This document shows, piece by piece, positions 17,962 to 26,664 of a stretch of DNA of 33,593 bases. The number at the start of each line of letters is the position of its first letter. Within the stretch, counting starts at the first letter, position 1. Under the pieces are notes generated by a model. The model saw nothing but the letters and a program-made list of their open reading frames with translations, was not told the origin of the DNA and did not search any database. The translations under genes and the position numbers were made by a program. Origin of the DNA: Candidatus Nomurabacteria bacterium (GTDB taxonomy: Bacteria > Patescibacteriota > Minisyncoccia > Phycocordibacterales > UBA9973); assembly GCA_027347985.1 (NCBI GenBank), contig DAIEQH010000003.1, positions 1 through 33,593 on the forward strand, written 5' to 3'.

Positions 17962-18459
17962 ATGACACCTTTCGAGAAAATAAAGCAAAAAATATGGGAT
18001 TTTATATATAGCTTCTTTCTGCCTGTTCGCACCTTCCTTTTAAAATTAGGCATTATTTGGCATAAAAAGGGAAGACAAAAATACCATATCGGCTGGCTTG
18101 CTCCTCATAAAACCCTAGAAGGTCTTAAAAAACATCTTTTTGACAAGTGGGGATTTGGCAATCACTTTATCGCTTGGATAGATGAAGACCAAGTGCTTTC
18201 TTGGAGGAAACTAACAGATTTTGAAGACCAGTATCATTTACGAGTTTACAAAGATGGAGAAATTTGTGGACATTTTGAATACACTCCCGAAGCACACCCT
18301 CTTGAACATTTGGAAGAGAAGGGAGAAATAAATAAAAAAGGAGACTTCTTAAAATTCTTGGGAGACTTTGTAGTTCAAAAGAAACATATTTCACATCTCA
18401 AAATGGACCCAAATGCTTTTGATCCGAAGTCAGAAATTACGATAGAAAAAGAAAAATAA
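17962..18459 (+). CDS. Hypothetical protein
   Basis: Open frame with QYHLRVY..GHFEYTPEAHPLEH. ATG 17962 follows TGcTATAAT by 7 nt. Confidence 0.7.
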   Translation: MTPFEKIKQKIWDFIYSFFLPVRTFLLKLGIIWHKKGRQKYHIGWLAPHKTLEGLKKHLFDKWGFGNHFIAWIDEDQVLSWRKLTDFEDQYHLRVYKDGEICGHFEYTPEAHPLEHLEEKGEINKKGDFLKFLGDFVVQKKHISHLKMDPNAFDPKSEITIEKEK

Positions 18460-18460
18460 A

Positions 18461-19483
18461 ATGAACGATTTTTTTGAAAATTTTAATCAAACTCATGGAC
18501 TGGAAAAAAAATTTATATCTGTTCAATCAGAATTAGAAGATGTAAATGGTAATAAAAAAGATATAAAGATTGAACTTATGGAAGACGGTAATCCGCGAGC
18601 CGTAGCTTTTTTTGATATAGATGGTACACTGGCGCACCTTGATAGTATTCATGGCAAAGCTATTGCAAAACTTTTTCCTGAAGAGAAGCCAAAAGAGCTG
18701 GAGAAAACATATTATGGAGGTTTTAAATTAGGAAATTCTTTTCGGGAATTTGATAGAATGCGAGGAATTTATATTGATAAAAATCATCCGGAATGGAGAG
18801 ACCCAGAAATTTATTTAAAAGAACGCTTTGCTAAACATAGTAAAGAAATAGATGAACCGGGGAACGAGGCACATGAAATAGCAGCAGAGATTTTAAAAGC
18901 TTATGGAGAGATGGCAGGGAATGTCGCTGATGAAATTTATAAAGAGAATAGAGAGGAATTTAAGCAATCGAATATTGAACCGATTTTTCATTTAGCTAAA
19001 ATATATCAGAAGCTCGGCATACCAATGGTCGGCTTTACCGCTAATGCAAAAATATTTGTAGATAAACTAGCGAAATACTTAGGACTTTCAGATTTATTTA
19101 TAGATATTGCGACAGATGAAACAATGTCTGGAGGAGGAAAAGAAAATGCAATTCATTATTTAATAAATGAATTAGAAGAGAAAGGAATCAAAGTCCCTAA
19201 GGACAGATTAATATTTGTAGGTGATTCTATACGAGGAGATATAGGTAGTAGTATCACTGCACGATTAAAAGACAAAGAAATCCATGGGCAAGGAGTTTTG
19301 GTCTTGAAAGATAAAGACGCTCTCATTCAAATCAAAAAACAGATTAATGAAGACTCGGATTTAAAATCTATAGTTGACTCTATTGATATACATGGATTGG
19401 TAGTAAGCGATGTTCCGTTGGACGAAAAGGGCAACCCAATGTTGCTTTCTCGCTTTAGAAATAAATTTTTAGAGAAACTATAA
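18461..19483 (+). CDS. HAD superfamily hydrolase
   Basis: FFDIDGTL motif I, FTAN motif II, VGDSIRGD motif IV. Confidence 0.8.
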   Translation: MNDFFENFNQTHGLEKKFISVQSELEDVNGNKKDIKIELMEDGNPRAVAFFDIDGTLAHLDSIHGKAIAKLFPEEKPKELEKTYYGGFKLGNSFREFDRMRGIYIDKNHPEWRDPEIYLKERFAKHSKEIDEPGNEAHEIAAEILKAYGEMAGNVADEIYKENREEFKQSNIEPIFHLAKIYQKLGIPMVGFTANAKIFVDKLAKYLGLSDLFIDIATDETMSGGGKENAIHYLINELEEKGIKVPKDRLIFVGDSIRGDIGSSITARLKDKEIHGQGVLVLKDKDALIQIKKQINEDSDLKSIVDSIDIHGLVVSDVPLDEKGNPMLLSRFRNKFLEKL

Positions 19484-19484
19484 T

Positions 19485-19529
19485 CTGTCAAACATCTCTG
19501 TCAAACACCCGATGTTTGACATTTGACAG
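19485..19529. repeat. Nested TGTCAAAC palindrome between convergent genes (REP-like or bidirectional terminator)
   Basis: tgtcaaaca-cccga-tgtttgaca (19499-19521) is flanked by ctgtcaaa (19485-19492) and tttgacag (19522-19529). Confidence 0.6.
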
Positions 19530-19531
19530 GC

Positions 19532-20725
19532 TTATTTCATTTTAGACTCTGGCATTGCGTAATCCCAAAGTTTGCCCGCAACATTGTTTGACTTTCCAAA
19601 AAGAGGGTAGTGATGCAGATCTATGAAAGGTAAACTATTGCATTCAATTATTCCGCAATGTTGCTCGGTATACCATGGTTCTTCTATTTTTTCTATAATG
19701 AGGTCAACACCGACGAGTGGGTCTTTCAAATATGCTCCCAATTTTTCTAACATTTTTACATTTTCCGGATGGATTATTTCTGTCACTTCTGTCGTCGTGC
19801 CACCTATACCACGGCTAGTTTTTTGAGAAAAAGTAATGACTTTGCCGACGGCTGGGATATCTTCCATTTTTATTCCTTCACGTTTCAACTCAACTTCTGC
19901 ATCTGGGTCAATAACTATTTTGTGGAAGATTGGCCCTTTTCTTTCAGGTCTATCATTTTCTTTATCCATCAATTCTTTTAGAGTGTGAATTCCATCTCCT
20001 GTCACTTCTGGCTGGTCTCTTCTTACCACGCCGACTAATTTACCATTTACTAAAGTTGCTCTAAAAAGATAGCCTCGTAGTTCTTCTTCTATCACCACGA
20101 GTGGGGAAAGTTTTTTTGCTTTTTTAAATCCATAAATTAATTTTTCAGGAGTATCGATATGTATAAGAGTATGACGAGAACGCGAACCTAAATTTGGTTT
20201 AGTAATGACTGGTTTAGTTATTTCATTAAATATTTTTAATGCTTTTCTTTTTGTAAAAGCTGTTCCGCCTCTTGCTACTGGCAAACCTTCTTTTAAAAAT
20301 TTCTTTTTCATTATCCCTTTGTTGTCCATCCAATTTATGGCATCTCCGCTTTCAGTATCATTGTCTCCACGAGGTAGTCCATCAAAATTTATTACTTTAC
20401 CTTTGTATTCTGCGATGAAAGAATCTTTTATAGGACCCATATGAAATTCCTTCATTTTTATTCCACGTCTTATAGCTTCATCCCAAAAACATTTTGTACG
20501 CAAAGAATCCTGACTATCTGGCCTTTCTGAAAAATGAGCAAACCCTAAAAAGACCATTGTTTTTAAAAAGGGGATAGAAGCTTTACTTGATATAGCCTCA
20601 GCGGTGCTTTTAAAAAGCATTTCCATAATATTAAAAAAAGGTTGACCAATGTAGCTCATTACGACAGACATATAAGCTATAGCATGACTCTCTTGCGCTG
20701 GTTCGCAATCTTTACAATATTTCAT
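19532..20725 (-). CDS. ATP-grasp ligase, cyanophycin synthetase N-half / GshF C-terminal-like
   Basis: DNKGIMK, VITKPNLGSRSR, VTGDGIHTLKEL, GVDLI and IIECNSLP motifs; no Mur-ligase half. Confidence 0.75.
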   Translation of the reverse strand: MKYCKDCEPAQESHAIAYMSVVMSYIGQPFFNIMEMLFKSTAEAISSKASIPFLKTMVFLGFAHFSERPDSQDSLRTKCFWDEAIRRGIKMKEFHMGPIKDSFIAEYKGKVINFDGLPRGDNDTESGDAINWMDNKGIMKKKFLKEGLPVARGGTAFTKRKALKIFNEITKPVITKPNLGSRSRHTLIHIDTPEKLIYGFKKAKKLSPLVVIEEELRGYLFRATLVNGKLVGVVRRDQPEVTGDGIHTLKELMDKENDRPERKGPIFHKIVIDPDAEVELKREGIKMEDIPAVGKVITFSQKTSRGIGGTTTEVTEIIHPENVKMLEKLGAYLKDPLVGVDLIIEKIEEPWYTEQHCGIIECNSLPFIDLHHYPLFGKSNNVAGKLWDYAMPESKMK

Positions 20726-20733
20726 ATCTCATA

Positions 20734-21990
20734 TTATACACGAACATTATATTTCCCGGAAACTATCCATTTATAAGTCGTCATTTCTTTTGGCCCCATT
20801 GGACCACGAGCGTGGATTTTTTGAGTAGAGATTCCTATTTCAGAGCCAAGACCGAAAACAGCACCATCTGAAAACCTAGTAGAAGCATTTACATAAACAA
20901 CAGCAGCGTCTATCTCTTGCAAAAACTTTTCAGCATTCTTTTTATTTTCTGTCAGTATTGCTTCTGAATGTTTTGATGAATATTTGTTAATAAATTTTAT
21001 CGCCTCGTCAGTATTTGAAACTATTTTGATAGACATTTTTTGACTTAAGAATTCTCGTCCAAAATCTGTTGCTTTTGCAATTTTTAAAAGATTTTTTTGA
21101 TAAACATTTTCTAAAATTTTATAACTTTCGGTATCTGCAAATAGTTCAACATTTTTCTTTATAAGAAGTTTAGCTACTTTTGGCAAAAATTCTTTCGCAA
21201 TATTTTTGTTTACTAGAAGCGTATCTAACGCATTACATACACTTGGACGTTGTGTTTTTGCATTGAAAATAATTTCAGCAGATTTTTCCAACGATGCACT
21301 TTCGTCTACATACGTATGACAAACTCCAGCGCCAGTTTCTATGACAGGCACCGTAGCGTTTTTCCTGACGAAATCTATAAGGCTCTTACCTCCACGTGGG
21401 ATAATGATATCTACTAAACCATTAGCAGAGATTATATCTAAAACAGCGTCTTTTATTTTTGGGTCGATAAATTGGACTATTTCAGAGTTAATATTACTTT
21501 TTACTAAAGCATTTTTTATAAGTTTATGAAGGATGATATAACTCTCTCTTGCCTCCTTACCACCTTTTAATATGATTCCATTAGCAGACTTTAAACATAT
21601 AGCAGCGACATCTGTCGTTACATTTGGACGTGATTCATATATAACACCAATGACACCGATAGGGACTCTTTTTTTACATATTTTTAAACCAGATAGTTCT
21701 TTACAGTCAAAAATTTCTCCTATAGGGTCTTTCATTTTTATTAAGTTCTCGATTTCTTTTGCCATTCCTTCTATACGTTTCTCATTTAATAGAAGACGAT
21801 CATACATTTCATTATTTTTTGAGAGTTTTTTTAAATCTTTTGTATTAGCTGTAATAATTAGTTTTTTATTTTTGAGTAATTCTGCACTTAGATTTTTTAG
21901 GATTAAAATTCTTTTAGTATGTGGTAAAAGGCCGAATGATTCTGAAGCGACCCTTACATTATTTAGTTGTTTTAGTATTTTTTTATTCAT
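20734..21990 (-). CDS. proA: Gamma-glutamyl phosphate reductase
   Basis: VPIGVIGVIYESRPNVT, RPSVCNALDTLL and GISTQKIHARGPMG motifs. Confidence 0.96.
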   Translation of the reverse strand: MNKKILKQLNNVRVASESFGLLPHTKRILILKNLSAELLKNKKLIITANTKDLKKLSKNNEMYDRLLLNEKRIEGMAKEIENLIKMKDPIGEIFDCKELSGLKICKKRVPIGVIGVIYESRPNVTTDVAAICLKSANGIILKGGKEARESYIILHKLIKNALVKSNINSEIVQFIDPKIKDAVLDIISANGLVDIIIPRGGKSLIDFVRKNATVPVIETGAGVCHTYVDESASLEKSAEIIFNAKTQRPSVCNALDTLLVNKNIAKEFLPKVAKLLIKKNVELFADTESYKILENVYQKNLLKIAKATDFGREFLSQKMSIKIVSNTDEAIKFINKYSSKHSEAILTENKKNAEKFLQEIDAAVVYVNASTRFSDGAVFGLGSEIGISTQKIHARGPMGPKEMTTYKWIVSGKYNVRV

Positions 21991-22001
21991 TATTATGTTT
22001 T

Positions 22002-22745
22002 TTATTTACTTAATTCTTTAGCTCTTTTATATGCAGAATTCACCGCTTCTAATATAGTTTTATCAAAATTCTTCTTTTTGAAAACTTTTAAGGCTGCTTC
22101 CGTTGTTCCGCCTTTTGAAGTTATTTTATTTATAAGCATAGAATAATCAGATTCTTTACTGAGTAGGGCAGAAGCCAAAAAAGTTTTTTCTACTAAAATT
22201 TTACTTTCTTTTAGAGTTAGTCCGAGATTTTTTGATGCCTTAAATAAATAATCTGCCAGAAGAATAAAATAAGCAGGACCACTTCCAGATATGGCTGTAA
22301 CTTTATTTATTACATCTTCGTCTTTTACTTCGAAGTTTTCTGTTATTTTATTTATGAAACCTTTTACTTTTTTAGTTTCAAGTGAAGATAAACCTTCTTT
22401 TTTCCAAGCGGCGATACCAAGGCCCATAGAAAGTCCTAGGTTGGGCATCATCCTGACTATTTTTTTATGACCAGAAAGACTGAAAAGTTTTTTAATAGGG
22501 AAACCAGCCATAATTGAGAGCAATATTGTTTTTTTATTAATTCCATATTTTTTAAGTTCTGATATGGCATTAATTGCATCTTGAGGTTTTACAGCCAAAA
22601 TTATGAAATCAGATTTTTTAATACCGCTTAAATCCTTTTTATCTATATCAACAGTAAAAATCTTGATTGAAGAATCTTTTGAAAGAGTTTTTGCTATTGC
22701 TTTACCCATTGTGCCGTAGCCTATAATTGTTACGTTTATTTTCAT
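22002..22745 (-). CDS. proC: Pyrroline-5-carboxylate reductase
   Basis: IIGYGTMG, LAVKPQ, RMMPN, TAISGSGPAY and TSKGGTT motifs. Confidence 0.95.
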   Translation of the reverse strand: MKINVTIIGYGTMGKAIAKTLSKDSSIKIFTVDIDKKDLSGIKKSDFIILAVKPQDAINAISELKKYGINKKTILLSIMAGFPIKKLFSLSGHKKIVRMMPNLGLSMGLGIAAWKKEGLSSLETKKVKGFINKITENFEVKDEDVINKVTAISGSGPAYFILLADYLFKASKNLGLTLKESKILVEKTFLASALLSKESDYSMLINKITSKGGTTEAALKVFKKKNFDKTILEAVNSAYKRAKELSK

Positions 22746-22817
22746 CCCATTAGAAATTTTAATTAATAAACTTCATCATTATAACATGTCCGTTAAATTT
22801 CTAACGGGACAAGTTTA
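22743..22817 (-). repeat. Stop-to-start inverted-repeat element, copy 2 (proB-proC)
   Basis: Sense strand reads TAA acttg TCCCGTTAGAAATTT aacggacaTGTTATAATgatgaagtttattaatta AAATTTCTAATGGGA TG. Confidence 0.9.
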
Positions 22818-23567
22818 TTTTTTAGCTGTGAATATTGTGCCAGAAAAATTTTTCCCCAAAGCTTTAATAAGTATATCTTTTTCTTTTCCATTACCTACTA
22901 ATGTTTCTACTCCATGGCCTGTCGCATATTTAGCTGCCTCTACTTTTGAAATCATTCCCCCTAACCCTAAGTCAGACTTATTAGGGGAGCAAAGCTTTTT
23001 GATTTTTGAATCGATAGTAGTTACTTTCTTTATAAGAAGCGCATTTTTGTTGTGGTCTGGATTACAAGTGAAGAGACCATCTTGATTGGTTAATATGATT
23101 AATTTATTTGCCTTGAGCCCGGCTGCTATTTTTGCTCCTAGGTTGTCGTTGTCTCCTATTGTCAAATCTTCGGTCTTCATCACATCATTCTCATTTATAA
23201 TAGGTAAGATTTTATGAGAAAGCATAGCTTCAATATTATGGACGAAATTTTTAAAACGTTCATGGTTTGTCAAATCATCGCTCAAAATTAAAATTTGTCC
23301 GATTGAAATGTTATGTTTTTGTGCTTCGCGATAATAATCGTGTATTAAGATTGGCTGTCCTATAGCAGCAGCGATTTTTTTTCTATGTGGATTGGTGAAG
23401 GGGACACTTGGAAGTCCTGCTCCGACAGCGCCTGAAGATACGAGTACGACTTCTATCTGTCGTTTTAATAAAACAGATATTTCCTTAACAAGCTTACTTA
23501 TTTTCTTTTGATCAAGGCCATTTTTGCCCGCAATGACTTGAGTTCCAACCTTTATAACTATTCTCAT
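22815..23567 (-). CDS. proB: Glutamate 5-kinase (short form without PUA domain)
   Basis: IVIKVGT, VSSGAV, AAIGQ, PIINEND, GDND and GGMISKVEAA motifs. Confidence 0.95.
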   Translation of the reverse strand: MRIVIKVGTQVIAGKNGLDQKKISKLVKEISVLLKRQIEVVLVSSGAVGAGLPSVPFTNPHRKKIAAAIGQPILIHDYYREAQKHNISIGQILILSDDLTNHERFKNFVHNIEAMLSHKILPIINENDVMKTEDLTIGDNDNLGAKIAAGLKANKLIILTNQDGLFTCNPDHNKNALLIKKVTTIDSKIKKLCSPNKSDLGLGGMISKVEAAKYATGHGVETLVGNGKEKDILIKALGKNFSGTIFTAKK

Positions 23568-23603
23568 CTTTCAATCTTATATTACTTTGGGGAGATTGTA
23601 ATG

Positions 23604-23632
23604 TTGACAAGAATAATATTGCGTGATACTAT
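23604..23632 (+). promoter_or_regulatory. Sigma70-type promoter
   Basis: TTGACA (23604-23609), 17-nt spacer ending in TGa, TACTAT (23627-23632). Confidence 0.75.
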
Positions 23633-23672
23633 TTATATAGACGAAATAATAAAGCACATTTAAAAATTTATT

Positions 23673-24196
23673 GTGGAGAAAAAAATGTTAACAGACTTAG
23701 TAGTTGGAACGATAGGTTCTATCATAGGCCTAAAATTAGGCTTTGGTTGGAATTCTATTATAATTTTTCTTGCTGCTATCGCCATAGATGGAGATATTGT
23801 AATAAATGAGTTATATAGAATATTTATTAAGAAAGAAAAAAGTTTGGTATTAAAAACTTTCTTGATGAAAATTCTTACACTCATAAGTTCATACTTCATT
23901 TGCCACTTTTGACGACACCTATAGTTTTTATTGTCGGGTTGCTATATAGTGGGTCCTCTTTGTTTGCTCTACTAGTATCTTTTGTTCTTTTGTTCCATTT
24001 TATACACGATACTTTGGATGATAATTTTGATGGAGTAAGTTGGCTCTATCCGTTCAAAAAAGATGTGTATAAAATAAAGCACAGACATTTAGAAAAAAAG
24101 AGCAGAGAAGAATTAAAAGAAGAGGCAAAAAAATTAGCAGAAAGGCCTAGGAGTTCAAAAAAGATTTTTAAGGATAATACTTTCTACACATTTTAA
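23673..24196 (+). pseudogene. Frameshifted membrane-bound metal-dependent hydrolase (YdjM/DUF457-like)
   Basis: The first frame has AIDGD. The second frame is open from 23831 and carries THKFILH, HFIHD and WLYPF. One extra A in the A6 run at 23836-23841 would join them. Confidence 0.65.
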
Positions 24197-24199
24197 AAG

Positions 24200-24238
24200 A
24201 GCCCAGTAAAATTAATTTTACTGGGCTTTCTGCTTTTT
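24200..24238 (+). terminator. Intrinsic terminator
   Basis: Perfect 28-bp palindrome agcccagtaaaatt/aattttactgggct directly after the stop codon, followed by T-rich sequence. Confidence 0.75.
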
Positions 24239-24328
24239 GGGAGATTGACAGGGCCAGGGGATAGTAGTACTACTATAGATAGTTGATAGATATTTGACAA
24301 AAAAAGAAAATAAATAAAAGGTGACAAA

Positions 24329-24718
24329 ATGAAAAAGGATTTTAAAAATCCTCAATTAGAAGAGGATTTGAAAAAATTTATGAGTCATTGGGAGACTCAA
24401 AAAGACCCAAAATTTCAGTCAGACTCTCTGGACATAGAGGTCTCAGAGTATGTTGACGAAGAAACATTGATTGTTATTTTTCGTAGAGAAATAATAACAA
24501 AAGAAGAGGGTCTTTGTTTATATTCAGTGATTTGCATCTTTAGACCAAAAGATGTCGAAGTTTTAAGTAACAAAAAGTATTACCAAAAAGCGCCGGTGTA
24601 TTATAATGCTGGTGACAAAATTTTTGATTTGTTTCACGTGGAAAAAACAGGAACAAAAATTTTAATAACGGCTATTAGTTTTGATGGTCGAGACAAAGTT
24701 TTTTCATATCAATTTTAA
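24329..24718 (+). CDS. Hypothetical protein
   Basis: 129-aa ORF with upstream TTGACA and its own terminator; no recognised motif. Confidence 0.6.
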   Translation: MKKDFKNPQLEEDLKKFMSHWETQKDPKFQSDSLDIEVSEYVDEETLIVIFRREIITKEEGLCLYSVICIFRPKDVEVLSNKKYYQKAPVYYNAGDKIFDLFHVEKTGTKILITAISFDGRDKVFSYQF

Positions 24719-24723
24719 ATTCT

Positions 24724-24753
24724 GCCCAGCAAAACAAGCTGGGCTTTCTTCTT
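24724..24753 (+). terminator. Intrinsic terminator
   Basis: gcccagc-aaaacaa-gctgggc followed by tttcttctt. Confidence 0.7.
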
Positions 24754-24817
24754 GTCTACTAACTTTCCATATGAAAAGATAGTAGACACTTAACCGAACG
24801 CCTGGCGTTTGGCTATT

Positions 24818-25477
24818 TTAATGCGCCACGGTGAAAGCGATTATTTTTCTGGCGCCGTTTTGTTTTAATATTTTTTTTGCTTCAGTTAAGGTCGCACCAG
24901 TAGTGAGCACGTCATCTATTAGGATTATGTTTTTGTTTTTTATAAGTTCAGGATTCTTTACAGCAAAAGAATCTGAAAGATTTTTCAACCTATCTCGTCT
25001 TTCTTTAATATTGGCCTGATGTTCTGTCTCTTTTATTTTTATCAAAATGTCTTTCTCTAATTTCCAATCTACGCCATGGCGTAGATTATTTATTTCTATT
25101 AATTTTTTACAAATTAATTCTGCTTGATTATAACTACGCTCCCGATATCTTTTTTTAGAAAGGGGAATGGGTATCAAAATTGGTTCACGAAAATTGCTCA
25201 TCACACTTAATTCCGAAAGTTCTTCTAATATCTTGTCATAAATAATCTCCGCGAAAACACTGGCTAATCTTTTTTTGCCTTTATATTTCAAAAGCCAAAT
25301 AGATTTTTTGATAGGTGGATGGCGATAGTCAAATAATGGAAATATCCAATTAGCACTTTCTCTTTCTGCTGAAGGAGAATCCGAAAGGCATTTTAGACAC
25401 AAGTCTGAATCTTTTTTTCCACAAGAAATACAATTCACAGGGAAAATGATGTTTAGTATGGTGTCTAATATAAGCAT
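24818..25477 (-). CDS. comF: ComF family competence protein (zinc ribbon plus PRTase-like domain)
   Basis: FPVNCISC..LCLKC, RSYNQA and ILIDDVLTTGATL motifs. The start is set at MLILD (25477) because the longer track ORF overlaps pilM. Confidence 0.9.
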   Translation of the reverse strand: MLILDTILNIIFPVNCISCGKKDSDLCLKCLSDSPSAERESANWIFPLFDYRHPPIKKSIWLLKYKGKKRLASVFAEIIYDKILEELSELSVMSNFREPILIPIPLSKKRYRERSYNQAELICKKLIEINNLRHGVDWKLEKDILIKIKETEHQANIKERRDRLKNLSDSFAVKNPELIKNKNIILIDDVLTTGATLTEAKKILKQNGARKIIAFTVAH

Positions 25478-25508
25478 TGTGCTATAATTATATGCATAAT
25501 TTAAGAAA

Positions 25509-26636
25509 ATGGATAATCCAATTAAAAACTTTTTTTCAGGTTTGAATCTTTTTAAGGCTGGCGAGAGCGACAGTGCCATAGGTGTGGATATAGGTTCTTC
25601 TGCCATTAAAGTTGTTGAAATAAAAAAGAGAGGAGGCAAAGCTATACTTGAAACTTATGGAGCTATTTCACTTGGTTCTTATGCTGAGACGGAAGGAGAA
25701 CGAGTCACCAACTTGCCAGTTGAAAAAATTACGGAAGCCCTAAAAGAGGTTTTAAAACAATCTGGGGTAGCGACAAAATCTTCTGCTTTTTCCATTCCAG
25801 TACGATCAAGTTTAATTTTTACTATTTCATTGCCTGCCCAAGTCAAGAAAGAGGAAATTCCAATGATAATACCGACGGAAGCTCGCAAATATATTCCTGT
25901 ACCCATCACTGAAGTTTCTTTAGATTATTTTATTTTACCTAAAAAAGAGCCTTCTTATGAAGAAGCTAATAGTGGAAAGTTGTCGACAGAATTAGGAGAA
26001 AATACAGAAGTTTTAGTCGTTGCGATTCAAAATGATGCAATTTCTAAATACCGTTCTATTGTTTCAGAATGTAATTTGGAAGCTGGATTTTTTGAAATTG
26101 AAACCTTTGCTTCTATCCGAGCAAATTTTGAACATGAACTTTCTCTGGTGCTCTTGATGGATTTTGGGGCTTCGAGTACCAAGCTTTCTCTGGTTGAATT
26201 TGGTATGGTGAAAAGTCATCACATAATAAACAGGGGAGGAGCGGATATCACGGCTTCAATTGCGGGGTCTTTAGGTATTTCATTTGGAAAAGCTGAAGAA
26301 ATGAAAAAAGAATATGGCCTTTTTGAAAATGAAGCTGAAAAAGAATTAGCAGACATAATCAAAACGCATATAGACTATATCTTTTCAGAAACTAATAATG
26401 TATTATTAGGACATGAGAAAAAATATGACAGAACTATTAGTAAAGTCATATTCACAGGTGGCGGATCACTCTTAAAAGGACTTAAAGAAGTAGCTTCAAA
26501 TAGTTTTCGAGCAGAGATAGAAATAGGGCATCCTTTTTCTAAAGTTGGTGCCCCAGAATTTTTACAGAAAGTTCTTGAGACGACAGGTCCAGAATTTGCA
26601 GTTGCATTAGGTTTAGCCTTGCGAAAGTTACAATAA
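25509..26636 (+). CDS. pilM: Type IV pilus assembly protein PilM
   Basis: GVDIGSSAIK, EARKYIP, MDFGAS, TGGGS and AVALGLALR; actin-like fold. Confidence 0.92.
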   Translation: MDNPIKNFFSGLNLFKAGESDSAIGVDIGSSAIKVVEIKKRGGKAILETYGAISLGSYAETEGERVTNLPVEKITEALKEVLKQSGVATKSSAFSIPVRSSLIFTISLPAQVKKEEIPMIIPTEARKYIPVPITEVSLDYFILPKKEPSYEEANSGKLSTELGENTEVLVVAIQNDAISKYRSIVSECNLEAGFFEIETFASIRANFEHELSLVLLMDFGASSTKLSLVEFGMVKSHHIINRGGADITASIAGSLGISFGKAEEMKKEYGLFENEAEKELADIIKTHIDYIFSETNNVLLGHEKKYDRTISKVIFTGGGSLLKGLKEVASNSFRAEIEIGHPFSKVGAPEFLQKVLETTGPEFAVALGLALRKLQ

Positions 26637-26664
26637 GTGAGATAATAAGTAGGTAAATAAAATC

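Noticed and set aside
23836-23842. Programmed -1 frameshift at AAAAAAG
   Set aside because: The heptamer is not in the A-AAA-AAG register of the upstream frame (codons GAA AAA AGT) and no stimulatory hairpin is evident.
25478-25639. 54-aa N-terminal extension of ComF
   Set aside because: It overlaps the pilM start on the opposite strand, and ComF-like sequence begins at MLILD.
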